Source: a virus | Taxonomy: Duplodnaviria; Caudoviricetes | IMG/VR virus record: IMGVR_UViG_3300014208_000048 | Span: 1-58,239 of that record | DNA length: 58,239 nt | Direction: 5' to 3' (one strand) | Shown: piece after piece, positions 20,094 through 29,500 of the stretch | How the letters are laid out: every line of letters begins with the position of its first letter | Position numbering within the stretch: position 1 is the first letter of the stretch | The notes under the pieces: model-generated | What the model saw: the letters and a program-made list of their open reading frames with translations, nothing else | Told to the model about the DNA's origin: nothing | Database searches by the model: none | Made by a program: the position numbers and the translations under genes

Positions 20094-20684
20094 ATGGCTT
20101 CAGAAGATTTTGGAGTGGGGACCAAACCGGAAGACGATATTGTAATGGCTGGTGGCGAGCTTGAGTTCTGCGAATCTCAGGTTGCTGGCGATGTCACAGC
20201 ATACGTCTTTACCGGCGTCGGCTACACGGCGAAAGATGCCGGCGGAGTGCTTTCAGATAAGCAGCCGACATATAAGGATGTAAAAGTGACAGGGATGGCT
20301 GATCCCGTCAAACGTCGGGCAGTCGATCGCGAAGTTACGTTCAAAGCGACCTTGCTGCAGGTGACGCTTGAGAATTTCCGGCTGGCTACCGGTTCAAAGG
20401 CCGCGGACGTTGTCGGCGGTGTGTTTCTCGGCGGCAAGGCCCAGGAAGCAGAGAAACAGTGCTGGCGGTATACCGTGAAGAATGAAGACGATGCAGCAAA
20501 AAGCTTGCAGATCTACATTCCTCGCGGACAGGTCATCGAAGCTGTTGAGGTTCCCTTTGCAGACGAAAAGGAAACCGGCGTTCAGGTAACAATCAAAGGA
20601 TTCGAAGTGAAAGTGGCTCAGTTGCTTGGGGCTCAATCCTTGGTTGGATATCGATACGCAATCAAACAGGGCGCGATCGCCTAA
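20094..20684 (+). CDS. Major tail tube protein
   Basis: GVGYT..GG, VTFKATLLQVTLENFRLA; strong RBS; followed by terminator. Confidence 0.8.
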   Translation: MASEDFGVGTKPEDDIVMAGGELEFCESQVAGDVTAYVFTGVGYTAKDAGGVLSDKQPTYKDVKVTGMADPVKRRAVDREVTFKATLLQVTLENFRLATGSKAADVVGGVFLGGKAQEAEKQCWRYTVKNEDDAAKSLQIYIPRGQVIEAVEVPFADEKETGVQVTIKGFEVKVAQLLGAQSLVGYRYAIKQGAIA

Positions 20685-20708
20685 TAAGTATCAATCAAAT
20701 CTCTATCG

Positions 20709-20739
20709 ATAGTGCGGGCAACCGCACTATTGCTTTTTT
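20709..20739 (+). terminator. Intrinsic terminator
   Basis: ATAGTGCGG-GCAA-CCGCACTAT followed by T run. Confidence 0.8.
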
Positions 20740-20764
20740 ATTCTTTAACTCAGGGAAAAGAATC

Positions 20765-21340
20765 ATGTCGGAAACCACACCAATCCTCAGCATTAAAAAA
20801 TACAAATTCGAAGACAAAAATTTTTACCAACAGCGAATGGTCGCTGGACAAAAGATGGCGGTAGTGAACGTTCTCGCCGACATCATTGGAAAGAATCCTC
20901 TTGGATTCAAAGCGATATTCGAAGGCGGAGCTAGCGGCATTAACATCACCGACACTCTGGATTCGATCATTAAGACGCTTTCAAGCGCGGAAATGCACCG
21001 ACTCGTCGGAATCATCATCCTCCACGATGGTGAGAAGGCCTCGGAACTTGCAGACGTCGTGGATTTTGAACAGCGCGGCAAAGATATTCTGTTCTCAGTA
21101 AACGAAGGGTTCGAGTATGAGGTGCTCGCCGATTTTTTCGAATTGAACAGGGACACGAGGGATCCGATAGTGTCTACGGTGATAAAAGTCGGGCTGGCGC
21201 TGCAAAGTCAAATCGGAAGCTTAACAGAAGGACTGCACGAGAGTTTGACCGCAGCGTTAAACTCATTGCAGAGTTCTTCGGCCACCGTTGGGGAAAATCA
21301 CCCAAAGACGTTATCTGGGCCTACTCCGTCGGAGAGCTAG
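20765..21340 (+). CDS. Tail assembly chaperone (gpG-like)
   Basis: Follows tail tube; contains T-TTT-TTC slippery heptamer at 21133..21139. Confidence 0.7.
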   Translation: MSETTPILSIKKYKFEDKNFYQQRMVAGQKMAVVNVLADIIGKNPLGFKAIFEGGASGINITDTLDSIIKTLSSAEMHRLVGIIILHDGEKASELADVVDFEQRGKDILFSVNEGFEYEVLADFFELNRDTRDPIVSTVIKVGLALQSQIGSLTEGLHESLTAALNSLQSSSATVGENHPKTLSGPTPSES

Positions 21341-21495
21341 AGGAATACGCAGAGATAATTTCTTCCAATAACGGCGGATCGAAGGGCGACAGAAAACAGA
21401 TTAGCGCCACAGAATTACTAAACAATAAGGATTTCTTTCTAGCATAATATGAGCACAATCGACAAATCAAATATTGCCGCCGGAAATCCAATTAG
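21121..21495 (+). CDS. -1 frame extension of the chaperone (gpT-like; no start codon)
   Basis: Stop-free -1 frame from 21121 to TAG 21495; reads ...LIAEFFGHRWGKSPKDVIWAYSVGELEEY... Confidence 0.55.
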
Positions 21496-21949
21496 AGCGG
21501 CAGATCTCCTTGGGATAATAAATGCGCTTGATGGATCGAAGGCCGTAGACGTAGTTCTGAAAGACGGGTCGACGTTAAAGCTGATGAATCTCAATGGGTT
21601 GGTTCAGGTGGCGGGGGGAGTTATATCAGAGCTTCCGGTTGGCGGACCAAATCAAATACTTGGAGTAAATGGAGCGGGTAACGGTTTCGAATACAAGGGG
21701 TCCATCGTAACGCTCGCGGCAATATTCGATGTGTGCAAGCTTATACTGGATGGATCGTATGATGCGAATAACGCCTCGATCGACATTGACTCGCAGCTAC
21801 TAACCGCAGACATAGATCTTAATCAGCGCTACGCAAAAGACGATATCGTAAAACTGCTTATGAGTGGGGATTACGATGCCGACAACGCATCGTTTGATAT
21901 AGATGTGAACGAGATTGCGATAGATATCGACCTCAGACAAATAAATTAA
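21449..21949 (+). CDS. Hypothetical virion protein with internal repeat
   Basis: Repeated KLxxxGxYDAxNASxDID segment; GPNQILGVNGAGNGFEY fibre-like motif. Confidence 0.6.
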   Translation: MSTIDKSNIAAGNPIRAADLLGIINALDGSKAVDVVLKDGSTLKLMNLNGLVQVAGGVISELPVGGPNQILGVNGAGNGFEYKGSIVTLAAIFDVCKLILDGSYDANNASIDIDSQLLTADIDLNQRYAKDDIVKLLMSGDYDADNASFDIDVNEIAIDIDLRQIN

Positions 21950-21958
21950 GAAGGCATT

Positions 21959-23932
21959 ATGGCAAAATTCCAAATTCAACGCGGCAGTTCTCTGCCGGCA
22001 TTCAGCGCTGTGACATATCCGTCCGGCTGCATGTTTTTCGTAACGGCGACGAGCTATCTATATATAAGCAATGGGACGGACTGGGCTCTTGTTGGCTCAG
22101 GCGGAGGCGGATCGGTGCTAACTCCCGACGAGCTTGATGCAATTAATTGGGCAAATTCACCGTCGATTTCAAACGTATTCTCAACAGATAGTAGCGTTGC
22201 TGCGGCTGTCTCGGCGGAGGCGTCGACGAGGGCTGCGGCCGTCTCGGCTGAAGCTAGTGCGAGGTCGGCTGCAGACGTAGCTCTCCAGGGGCAAATAGAT
22301 TCATTCGTCGCACCGTCCGATCAGATGCAGGACTTTCTATCGCTATTTCTGGCGAAGAGATCCTCGACACAGGTTCCAGTTGCGTCTGTGGCCGCACCAT
22401 TTAATAACCTCGGGGACCCGTTGATGTTAAAGATAGGTCCAAAGCTTTATGTGTATTACTCGAAATTTGAGACGACCGGGAATGGGCATGTTTGTCGGAG
22501 GATTATTCGCGGCAATCTTGGCGATCCGTCCTCCTATGGGGCAGAGGAGATTATGCTTGCGCCGGCCGGCGGGACTGCATGGGATAAAGATTTTGTTCGT
22601 CTCGGCAATATCGTTAAAGATGGCACTACCTATTATATGTATTACGTTGGATTGAATAATAGTGTCGGCGCATACAAGATTGGCTTGGCGACATCTATCG
22701 ATGGTGGAACGACATGGACGCGGTATAACGGCGGATCATCGCCTATTGTTGATGCTCATGGAACCTATACGAACGTCGAAGATCCGGCAGTGTTGAAGGA
22801 AGGTGCGAATTGGTATATGTATTATTCCTATCGGACTGCAAGCGCGACGTTGCCAGGTAAAATTGTTGCAACCTCAGTCGACGGTGTTACGTGGACGGAT
22901 GTTGGACAAGTCCTCACGGCTGGTGCTGCATATGATCTGACCTATATTGAGCATCACCAAATCCTGAAGTATGGCGACTTATATCTGCTGATTTACGATG
23001 GATATAATGGGGCGGACTGGTCTATCAATATAGCTTATAGTGAAACGCCGACGGGGGTGTTCACAAAATTCGCAGGGAATCCGGTATTCACAAAATCCGG
23101 AATAGCAGGGACGTTTGATGAATACCACGTAGCTACGCAGTTTACCTTTAACTTAAACGGTCAATGGTATATGTTTTATCAGGGTGGCGACACTGCGGCG
23201 TATATCTCGTCGACATGGAAGCTGTCGATTGTAAGGCTAGATCAATTCGAAATGATGGCTGGATCAACTGCCCCTCCGGCTGTCACAACGAAATTATTGC
23301 TGCATATGAATGGGGCGGATGGATCCGGATCGTTTATGGATGAGACCGGCAAGGTGGTCACTAATTATGGCGCGATAATCTCCAACGCCACGCCTAATTT
23401 GGGGGGCGCTTGTGGTAGCTTCTTGACGTCGTCGAGTAATTATCTTAGTATACCCGACAGTGCGGATTTCAATTTCGGCAGCGGAGACTTTACGATAGAC
23501 TTCCGAGTAAGCTCAACGCTTGCTAATGATGGCGGGGTAATTTCAAAGCGCGAAAGCGGCACGGGCGTTGGATGGATCATTGAAATTAGGGCGACAGGTG
23601 CTGTTTGGCTCCGCGCAAAAGTTGGCGGCGTTTATTCGGACACATTCCTGGCCACGGCAGCCGGAGCGGTGGTAGCAAATACTGTGACGCACGTAGCGGT
23701 AGTCCGCAACGGATCATCGTGGTATATTTTTGTAAACGGCGTTCAGGCTGCGACCACGAGCAATGCGGGCATCCTGGATAACTATGCTAGCCCGGTTATT
23801 ATTGGCAGTTCGCGAATAGCTGGCGGTATAGAGGACAATCTTCCTGGTATACTGGACGAGGTTCGCGTCTCTAATATCGCTCGATGGACGGCAGCATTTA
23901 CACCCCCGACAGTCGAATACACTGTCGATTAA
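21959..23932 (+). CDS. Tail fibre/receptor-binding protein with glycoside-hydrolase-like beta-propeller and C-terminal LamG domain
   Basis: AEASxR coil; blade repeats YYMYYVG..IGLATSIDGGTTWT, EDPAVLKEG..WYMYY; TKLLLHMNG...FNFGSGDFTIDF...HVAVVRNG...GILDEVRVS. Confidence 0.8.
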   Translation: MAKFQIQRGSSLPAFSAVTYPSGCMFFVTATSYLYISNGTDWALVGSGGGGSVLTPDELDAINWANSPSISNVFSTDSSVAAAVSAEASTRAAAVSAEASARSAADVALQGQIDSFVAPSDQMQDFLSLFLAKRSSTQVPVASVAAPFNNLGDPLMLKIGPKLYVYYSKFETTGNGHVCRRIIRGNLGDPSSYGAEEIMLAPAGGTAWDKDFVRLGNIVKDGTTYYMYYVGLNNSVGAYKIGLATSIDGGTTWTRYNGGSSPIVDAHGTYTNVEDPAVLKEGANWYMYYSYRTASATLPGKIVATSVDGVTWTDVGQVLTAGAAYDLTYIEHHQILKYGDLYLLIYDGYNGADWSINIAYSETPTGVFTKFAGNPVFTKSGIAGTFDEYHVATQFTFNLNGQWYMFYQGGDTAAYISSTWKLSIVRLDQFEMMAGSTAPPAVTTKLLLHMNGADGSGSFMDETGKVVTNYGAIISNATPNLGGACGSFLTSSSNYLSIPDSADFNFGSGDFTIDFRVSSTLANDGGVISKRESGTGVGWIIEIRATGAVWLRAKVGGVYSDTFLATAAGAVVANTVTHVAVVRNGSSWYIFVNGVQAATTSNAGILDNYASPVIIGSSRIAGGIEDNLPGILDEVRVSNIARWTAAFTPPTVEYTVD

Positions 23933-23964
23933 TTTACCAACAACATTGATTGGAATATTATTCG

Positions 23965-24387
23965 ATGCAAATCAGTTATGTAATTAGCGTGTCAAATATT
24001 CTAGAGATAGTCGCGGTCGTAATAGGAATGTTTGCCATCTACACGAGGCTATCAAGATACGTAAGGTCTTTTGATAGCGCGATTCCTGATATCAATGCGC
24101 TAAAGAAGAGCTTAAACGAAGATGTTGCGTCGATCAAAGCGTCGATGGATGCGTTTCAGAACTCCATCACTACTCAGATGTCGATGATAACCACAAGCTA
24201 TTCCAACATTGACGCAAAGGTGTCTAGACTCGACGACAAGTATGTTCGAAAGGATGTGCATGACGCGAAGATGGAGCTCATAAATGAGCGCTTAAAACCA
24301 CTAGCAACGTTCGAGAAGATTGTGGCGCAGCACTTGGCTCCGTTCGAAGACTTTTCGGCGACAAAGAAACGAGGAAGAAAAACGTGA
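23965..24387 (+). CDS. Membrane-anchored coiled-coil protein of the lysis region (holin/antiholin-like)
   Basis: One N-terminal TM segment then coiled coil; upstream of endolysin. Confidence 0.5.
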   Translation: MQISYVISVSNILEIVAVVIGMFAIYTRLSRYVRSFDSAIPDINALKKSLNEDVASIKASMDAFQNSITTQMSMITTSYSNIDAKVSRLDDKYVRKDVHDAKMELINERLKPLATFEKIVAQHLAPFEDFSATKKRGRKT

Positions 24388-24674
24388 AGTTAGTCCATAA
24401 AATAGCAGCGAGACTTTCGAGATTTGGAGATTACAGCATATACTTGATTTTCATGCTGCTTGGCGTCGGCGGGATTATTCTCGCCGGCGAAAATACCTTC
24501 GGGCAGTATTTATCGCTGTTCGTATTTAAGCCTGCAATAAAATTATTGATGGCGTTTCAAGTCATGGAATTATCATTCAGAAAGATAAATTTTCAACATG
24601 AAATCAAAGAGCGCAATATGGCGGCTGGTCTTGTTTTCGTTGGTGTTTGCATCATCCTCGGATGGGTTGTTTAG
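24384..24674 (+). CDS. Putative holin
   Basis: Three hydrophobic segments, EIKERNMAAGLVF motif; overlaps endolysin. Confidence 0.6.
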   Translation: MKLVHKIAARLSRFGDYSIYLIFMLLGVGGIILAGENTFGQYLSLFVFKPAIKLLMAFQVMELSFRKINFQHEIKERNMAAGLVFVGVCIILGWVV

Positions 24675-25158
24675 CAATGACCGATACGACAGGCTGATTA
24701 GAAGCGCCTCTGAAAGATATTTCGGGATGGAATCCGACTGGCGATGGCACAAAGCTAGAATCTACGTTGAAAGTAGGTTTAACGTTAAGGCTGTGAGCCC
24801 AGTCGGAGCCGCGGGGATTGCTCAGTTTATGTCTGAGACGGCCATGGACTATGGGGCAAGATCTCCAGCAGACAGATTTGATCCGGAGTGGTCGATAAAT
24901 GCGATGGTCCATTACATTAAAGATATTTGGACACTGCTTGAGTCGGCCCGGCCGGACGGGACGAACGTAGCGGCAATAGATCGAGAGAGGCTAGCGGATG
25001 CAAGCTATAATGCTGGTCAGGGGCGAATATTGAAGGCGCTTAAAAAATACGGATACTCGTGGAAGACGATCAAGCCTCACATTCCAAGCGAGACTCAGTC
25101 ATACTCCGAGAGGATACAGTCGCAAAAACAAATCTATATGGGAATTAAAAATGAATGA
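24598..25158 (+). CDS. Endolysin, SLT lytic transglycosylase with N-terminal signal/anchor
   Basis: VESRFNVKAVSPVGAAGIAQFM, ASYNAGQG, PSETQSY. Confidence 0.92.
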   Translation: MKSKSAIWRLVLFSLVFASSSDGLFSNDRYDRLIRSASERYFGMESDWRWHKARIYVESRFNVKAVSPVGAAGIAQFMSETAMDYGARSPADRFDPEWSINAMVHYIKDIWTLLESARPDGTNVAAIDRERLADASYNAGQGRILKALKKYGYSWKTIKPHIPSETQSYSERIQSQKQIYMGIKNE

Positions 25159-25945
25159 TTTCGTATTGAATTTAGCCGACATACATATCGGCGGCGGCAA
25201 CTTGAGGGTTGACCTGCAGGATGCCGGTGGAGTTAAGGTAAACATGACCGGAGCCACGGCGGCTCTGCAATGCGTAGTCTCATGCCCAGGGAACACGCTT
25301 TCCATCGGTGACGTGGTTATACCGGAGAATACTATTGGCATGACCCAGTTGAACAACAATGAGTATACAGTTGTCGGCAGAACTACGTCGGCAGTAACTC
25401 TCAATGTCGACTCTAGGGGATTCACACCGTATTCGTCCGGTGGAACGCTGAGGAAAAGCACCTTCGCATATCTTGGTGCTACAGACAAGTCGGCGGGTGC
25501 AACGCTTATCGTCGGGGAAAAGCAGCTCAAAGACGTGTTCGGCGAAAACGATCTGGACGAACCAAAGGCTCAGATCTTTATGAAGCAAGATATTACATTC
25601 GAAACTGTATTGTCTGAGTTGTCTCTTCGGAATATAGCGCTTGCCATAGGAGATAATTCCGGTGAGTTCCCCAGTGTGGGGGCGGCAAACCCGTATACCT
25701 ACATCCAGGGATACATCTCCGGACTGCCTAAGTCTCACGCTTTCGTCTACGAGGTTCCGCAGGAAGCTAACCCGGAGAAGAAGATATTTATCGTGATGCC
25801 GAGAGCGCAGATCGTAGGCGTTGCAGAAATCAAATTCACCGACGAAGATGTGACGAGTTTGAAGCTCGTTCTTAGGCTAAGAAAAGTGATCGACCCTAAT
25901 AGCCCGCTACACGGACGAAAGTTCGAAATTCGCAGGGAGGTCTAA
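25151..25945 (+). CDS. Second tail-tube paralog with inserted E1-FCCH-like domain
   Basis: Aligns by eye with 20094..20684; insert LSIGDVV...GMTQLNNNEYTV...VDSRGFTPYSSGG. Confidence 0.7.
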   Translation: MNDFVLNLADIHIGGGNLRVDLQDAGGVKVNMTGATAALQCVVSCPGNTLSIGDVVIPENTIGMTQLNNNEYTVVGRTTSAVTLNVDSRGFTPYSSGGTLRKSTFAYLGATDKSAGATLIVGEKQLKDVFGENDLDEPKAQIFMKQDITFETVLSELSLRNIALAIGDNSGEFPSVGAANPYTYIQGYISGLPKSHAFVYEVPQEANPEKKIFIVMPRAQIVGVAEIKFTDEDVTSLKLVLRLRKVIDPNSPLHGRKFEIRREV

Positions 25946-26500
25946 GTGGCTGTAATTAAGGTGATAAATCTGCCGCATACATCGCCAGTGTCGAAGATTA
26001 CATTCGTTTCTCACGCAGACGAGATCTTGCAGCGCATCGAGAATGCCTCGAAGCGAGCAATCGCGAAGATCGGGCAGCATATCGTCGATAGGGCTAGGGC
26101 CGAGGGGAGTTACGAGAACAGGACCGGGAATCTCCGGAGGATGATTACGGCAAACCCGGATCACGCCGGAGACACTCCGGAGACTGATTATCAGTCCACG
26201 GAAATAACAGTTACCGGGGCCAATGGGCAAGAGCAGAAGAGGAAGCAATACACGCCTCCCTCAACATTCGACAATCCGAACGTTGCCGAAAAAAAGACAT
26301 CGCTCGGATTCGAATACAGTATTGTTGTAGCAGCTCTAATGAGATACGCTCAGGCGGTCGAAGCGAAGAACAAGGCCGTTCTGTCGCACGTAATAAATGA
26401 GATCGAGATCAATGCAGACAAATACGTTCAAGAAATAATGTTTGAAATAGAGGCGGAGTTATCTTCCGGACTATCCACAACAAACTTGAACGACAAATAA
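25946..26500 (+). CDS. HK97 gp10-like neck protein
   Basis: YENRTGNLRRMI and MRYAQAVE motifs. Confidence 0.7.
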   Translation: MAVIKVINLPHTSPVSKITFVSHADEILQRIENASKRAIAKIGQHIVDRARAEGSYENRTGNLRRMITANPDHAGDTPETDYQSTEITVTGANGQEQKRKQYTPPSTFDNPNVAEKKTSLGFEYSIVVAALMRYAQAVEAKNKAVLSHVINEIEINADKYVQEIMFEIEAELSSGLSTTNLNDK

Positions 26501-26537
26501 AAAATTTTATCCACGCACGTATAATATAAAGACTAAG

Positions 26538-29500
26538 ATGGGAATAGCAGGTAGCGGAATTAATGCCGGAAAAATCCTTTTCGAGTTGGCGATTGTAGAT
26601 CGTGGCCGGTGGAAGGGTGCGATGAAGGACGCTGAGTCTCAGATAGACTCCTTTAATAATAGGATCTCTCGCATCGACTCTCAGCAGCTCAAGACGCTCG
26701 AAGACAGACTGTCGCGCGTCGGCACTCAGATTGATACCGGCAGCAGGGCGGTGAAGAATTTTCAGGCGCGTATCGATGAGGCTATGCTTAAAAGCCAGTC
26801 GTCGATCGACAGAGGTCTTGGACAGCTTCCGGTCAGACTATCGTCAGCCGAGGCTGCTGCTGCGAAGTTTACAAAGCAGCTCGTCGAGATGAAGAATCTG
26901 ATGAACCTGAAGTTGAAGGTTGACCAGGGCAGTCTTGGCGTCTTGCAGGCTCAGTTGAAAAAATGGGAAGAGCAGAGGGCTGCGGCAAGAAAAGACAAAA
27001 ACCCTATCGACGAGAACCTCTACGCAGCAAGAATTGAAAAAGGAAACGCTCGCCTCAAAGAGATGAGCGCATTGATGGCCTCGGCGGCGTCTAGGGCCGG
27101 GCTTGAAATATCGATGAAGGAAGTCCAGCTTGGCAGCGCCCTCAAAAAGGTTGAAACAATCAAAGCGGAAATAGCGACGATACAGAGTGCGAAAGCAACC
27201 GCACCGCTGGCGTTGACGCAACAGCTTGACGAAGCGAGAGTAAAAGTCGAAGTCCTAAGGAAAGAACAGGCGGCACTACAGGCATCGATGACGGCGATAA
27301 CTTCAAAATACGGCGGGGCGATATCGCCGATGAATGCGTTTCGAGCTTCTGCGGCAGAATTTCAGAAGTTCGGAATACAGATGCAGAAGATCGCGAAGGA
27401 TATGACTCTGCAGTGGTCGCTTGCGTTCGGACTGTTGACCGGTCTATCTATCAAAGGCGCTGTCGACTTCGATCGATCGATGAGGGACGTTCAAGGAACC
27501 GCTGGTTTGACTGAACAAGAATTTCACAAGCTTAGCGATACACTGAAAGATGTTTCGAGAAACCTTCCGACGAAGAATGCGGCTCAAGGGCTGGCAGAAA
27601 TTGCGGCGGTTGCCGGACAGGCCGGCATCTCGGGTGTAGAGAATCTCACAAAATTCTCGACTTCGGTCACGAAGCTCGTTACAGTGTTTGAGGGGTTGGA
27701 TGCAAAAGACACCGCAAAGAAACTTATTCAGATCGCAAGGTCGTATGGATTTCCGATTGAGAACATCGAAAAATTCGGAGCCGTTGTAGCCCGCGTATCG
27801 AAGGACTCGGTGGGAACGGCGGAAGAAATTATCGCATTCAATCAAGCGATCGGCGGAGCAGCAAAAAATCTTGGAATATCATTCGACAAAGTAAACGCAC
27901 TGGCCGGAACTTTGATTGATATGGGTATCTCTGCAAATGTCGCGGGGACAGCGATTACGAATTTGTTTACGAAGATGGCGCTGAGTCCCAATAAGTTCTC
28001 GCAGGAAATGGGAGTGACTGTCGGGAAATTCAAAAAGATGGTTGGAGAGGATGCCACGCAGGCTCTACTTGTATGGCTGAATGCAATTAAGTCGATGGAT
28101 ATGAGTGATGCCACGGAAGCTATTGCGGAGCTTGGGATTCGCGGGTATCGAGCTACAAACGTTATCCAGAAGCTGCGAACGGAGGGCATCAAGCCGTTCA
28201 TAGAGGAAATGAAGCGAACCGCCGAGGAAATGCGAACCGGGCAGTCGTTGAATGATCGCTATGAAATCGTGTTGAAGGCCGTATCGTCGCAGCTTGAGAT
28301 GATAAAAAACAAATTTCAAGCGTTGTCGATAACGATGGGGCAGCACTTCTTTCCGATACTGTTAAAAATTATGGGCGTGTTCGAGAAGGTTGTTGGATTC
28401 ATCGAGGCACTGCCGGGACCGATTAAAGACTTCGCTTTCAATCTTATGTTCGTGACGGCGGTAGCTGGACCGTTGATTTTAGTGCTCGGCAATTTGATTA
28501 ATATGCTTGGCGGACTAGCAATGACTATCGGGCTTAGCTCCGGCGGACTAGGGATGGGGCTGGCGGCCGTAATTGGCGGACTCGCGTTGCTGATGACGAC
28601 TCTTTCCGGAAATACGGATAACGCAGCAGCTTCGACTGAGGCGCTCAATACGCGACTAAGGGATACACTGAGCTTGAGGGGGCAGGTCGACAAAAAGCAT
28701 CTCGACGTAGCATACGGCGATGCGCTTATGTCTGGACGAAGTCAGGTTGGAAGTCTCGTGAAAGATAAGATTATAGGCTTCGGGTCTAATGGTAGCGCTG
28801 AGAATTTAACTGACGAGGCGATGTATAGACACCTCGATAAGGCTGAGTCAGTAGTGAAACGACAGATAAGCGAAAAAACCACAAGAGAACGGAACAAGGA
28901 TTGGGATTCGCAGGACTCGTCGGCGCAGGGCGGAATCGATGCCCTTGAGGAGAAGCGCAGCAGGATAGCAAGCGCAAAATCGGCGTATAAATCCGCGATC
29001 GAGGCAAAGCAATTAATGAATAGCCTGGATCTTTCCGTGAATGCTGATGGGAGTCAGCCGGACAGCTCTTCGCATAATCCGAAGACGGAGCTTGAGCTTA
29101 GAATAGACATGCTGCAGAACGACATGACGAAATTTGAGCATGACGCGCAAGTGTATAAACTCAAACTGAAGAGCAAGGGGTTAAAGGTTGACGAAGTAAA
29201 TAGTCTGATGAATAAATACTTCGAAGATCGTCGGTCTAAAATTAATTCTCTCGTCGGTAGACGAGACGTTCTTATCTCCGACGTCAGGGCCGCAATGGTG
29301 AAGCTTGACGACAGAGACGCTAAGACTGGTCTCCCGAAAAACAGGGAGGCATACAAAGATATGGGTCCACTGCTCGGTCAAGAGGGCTCCTTGCTTGGAA
29401 TGAATCCGGAAGACAGCCTTATCCCGAAGTCAGTCAATCACGACGGTGATCCCAGGGCAAAAGAGATCCTTGAGGATGTGAGGCTTGGACAGGAGGCCCT

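Noticed and set aside
21290-21298. GGGGAAAAT as the chaperone slippery site
   Set aside because: Not phased as X XXY YYZ in the chaperone frame; T TTT TTC at 21133 is in phase.
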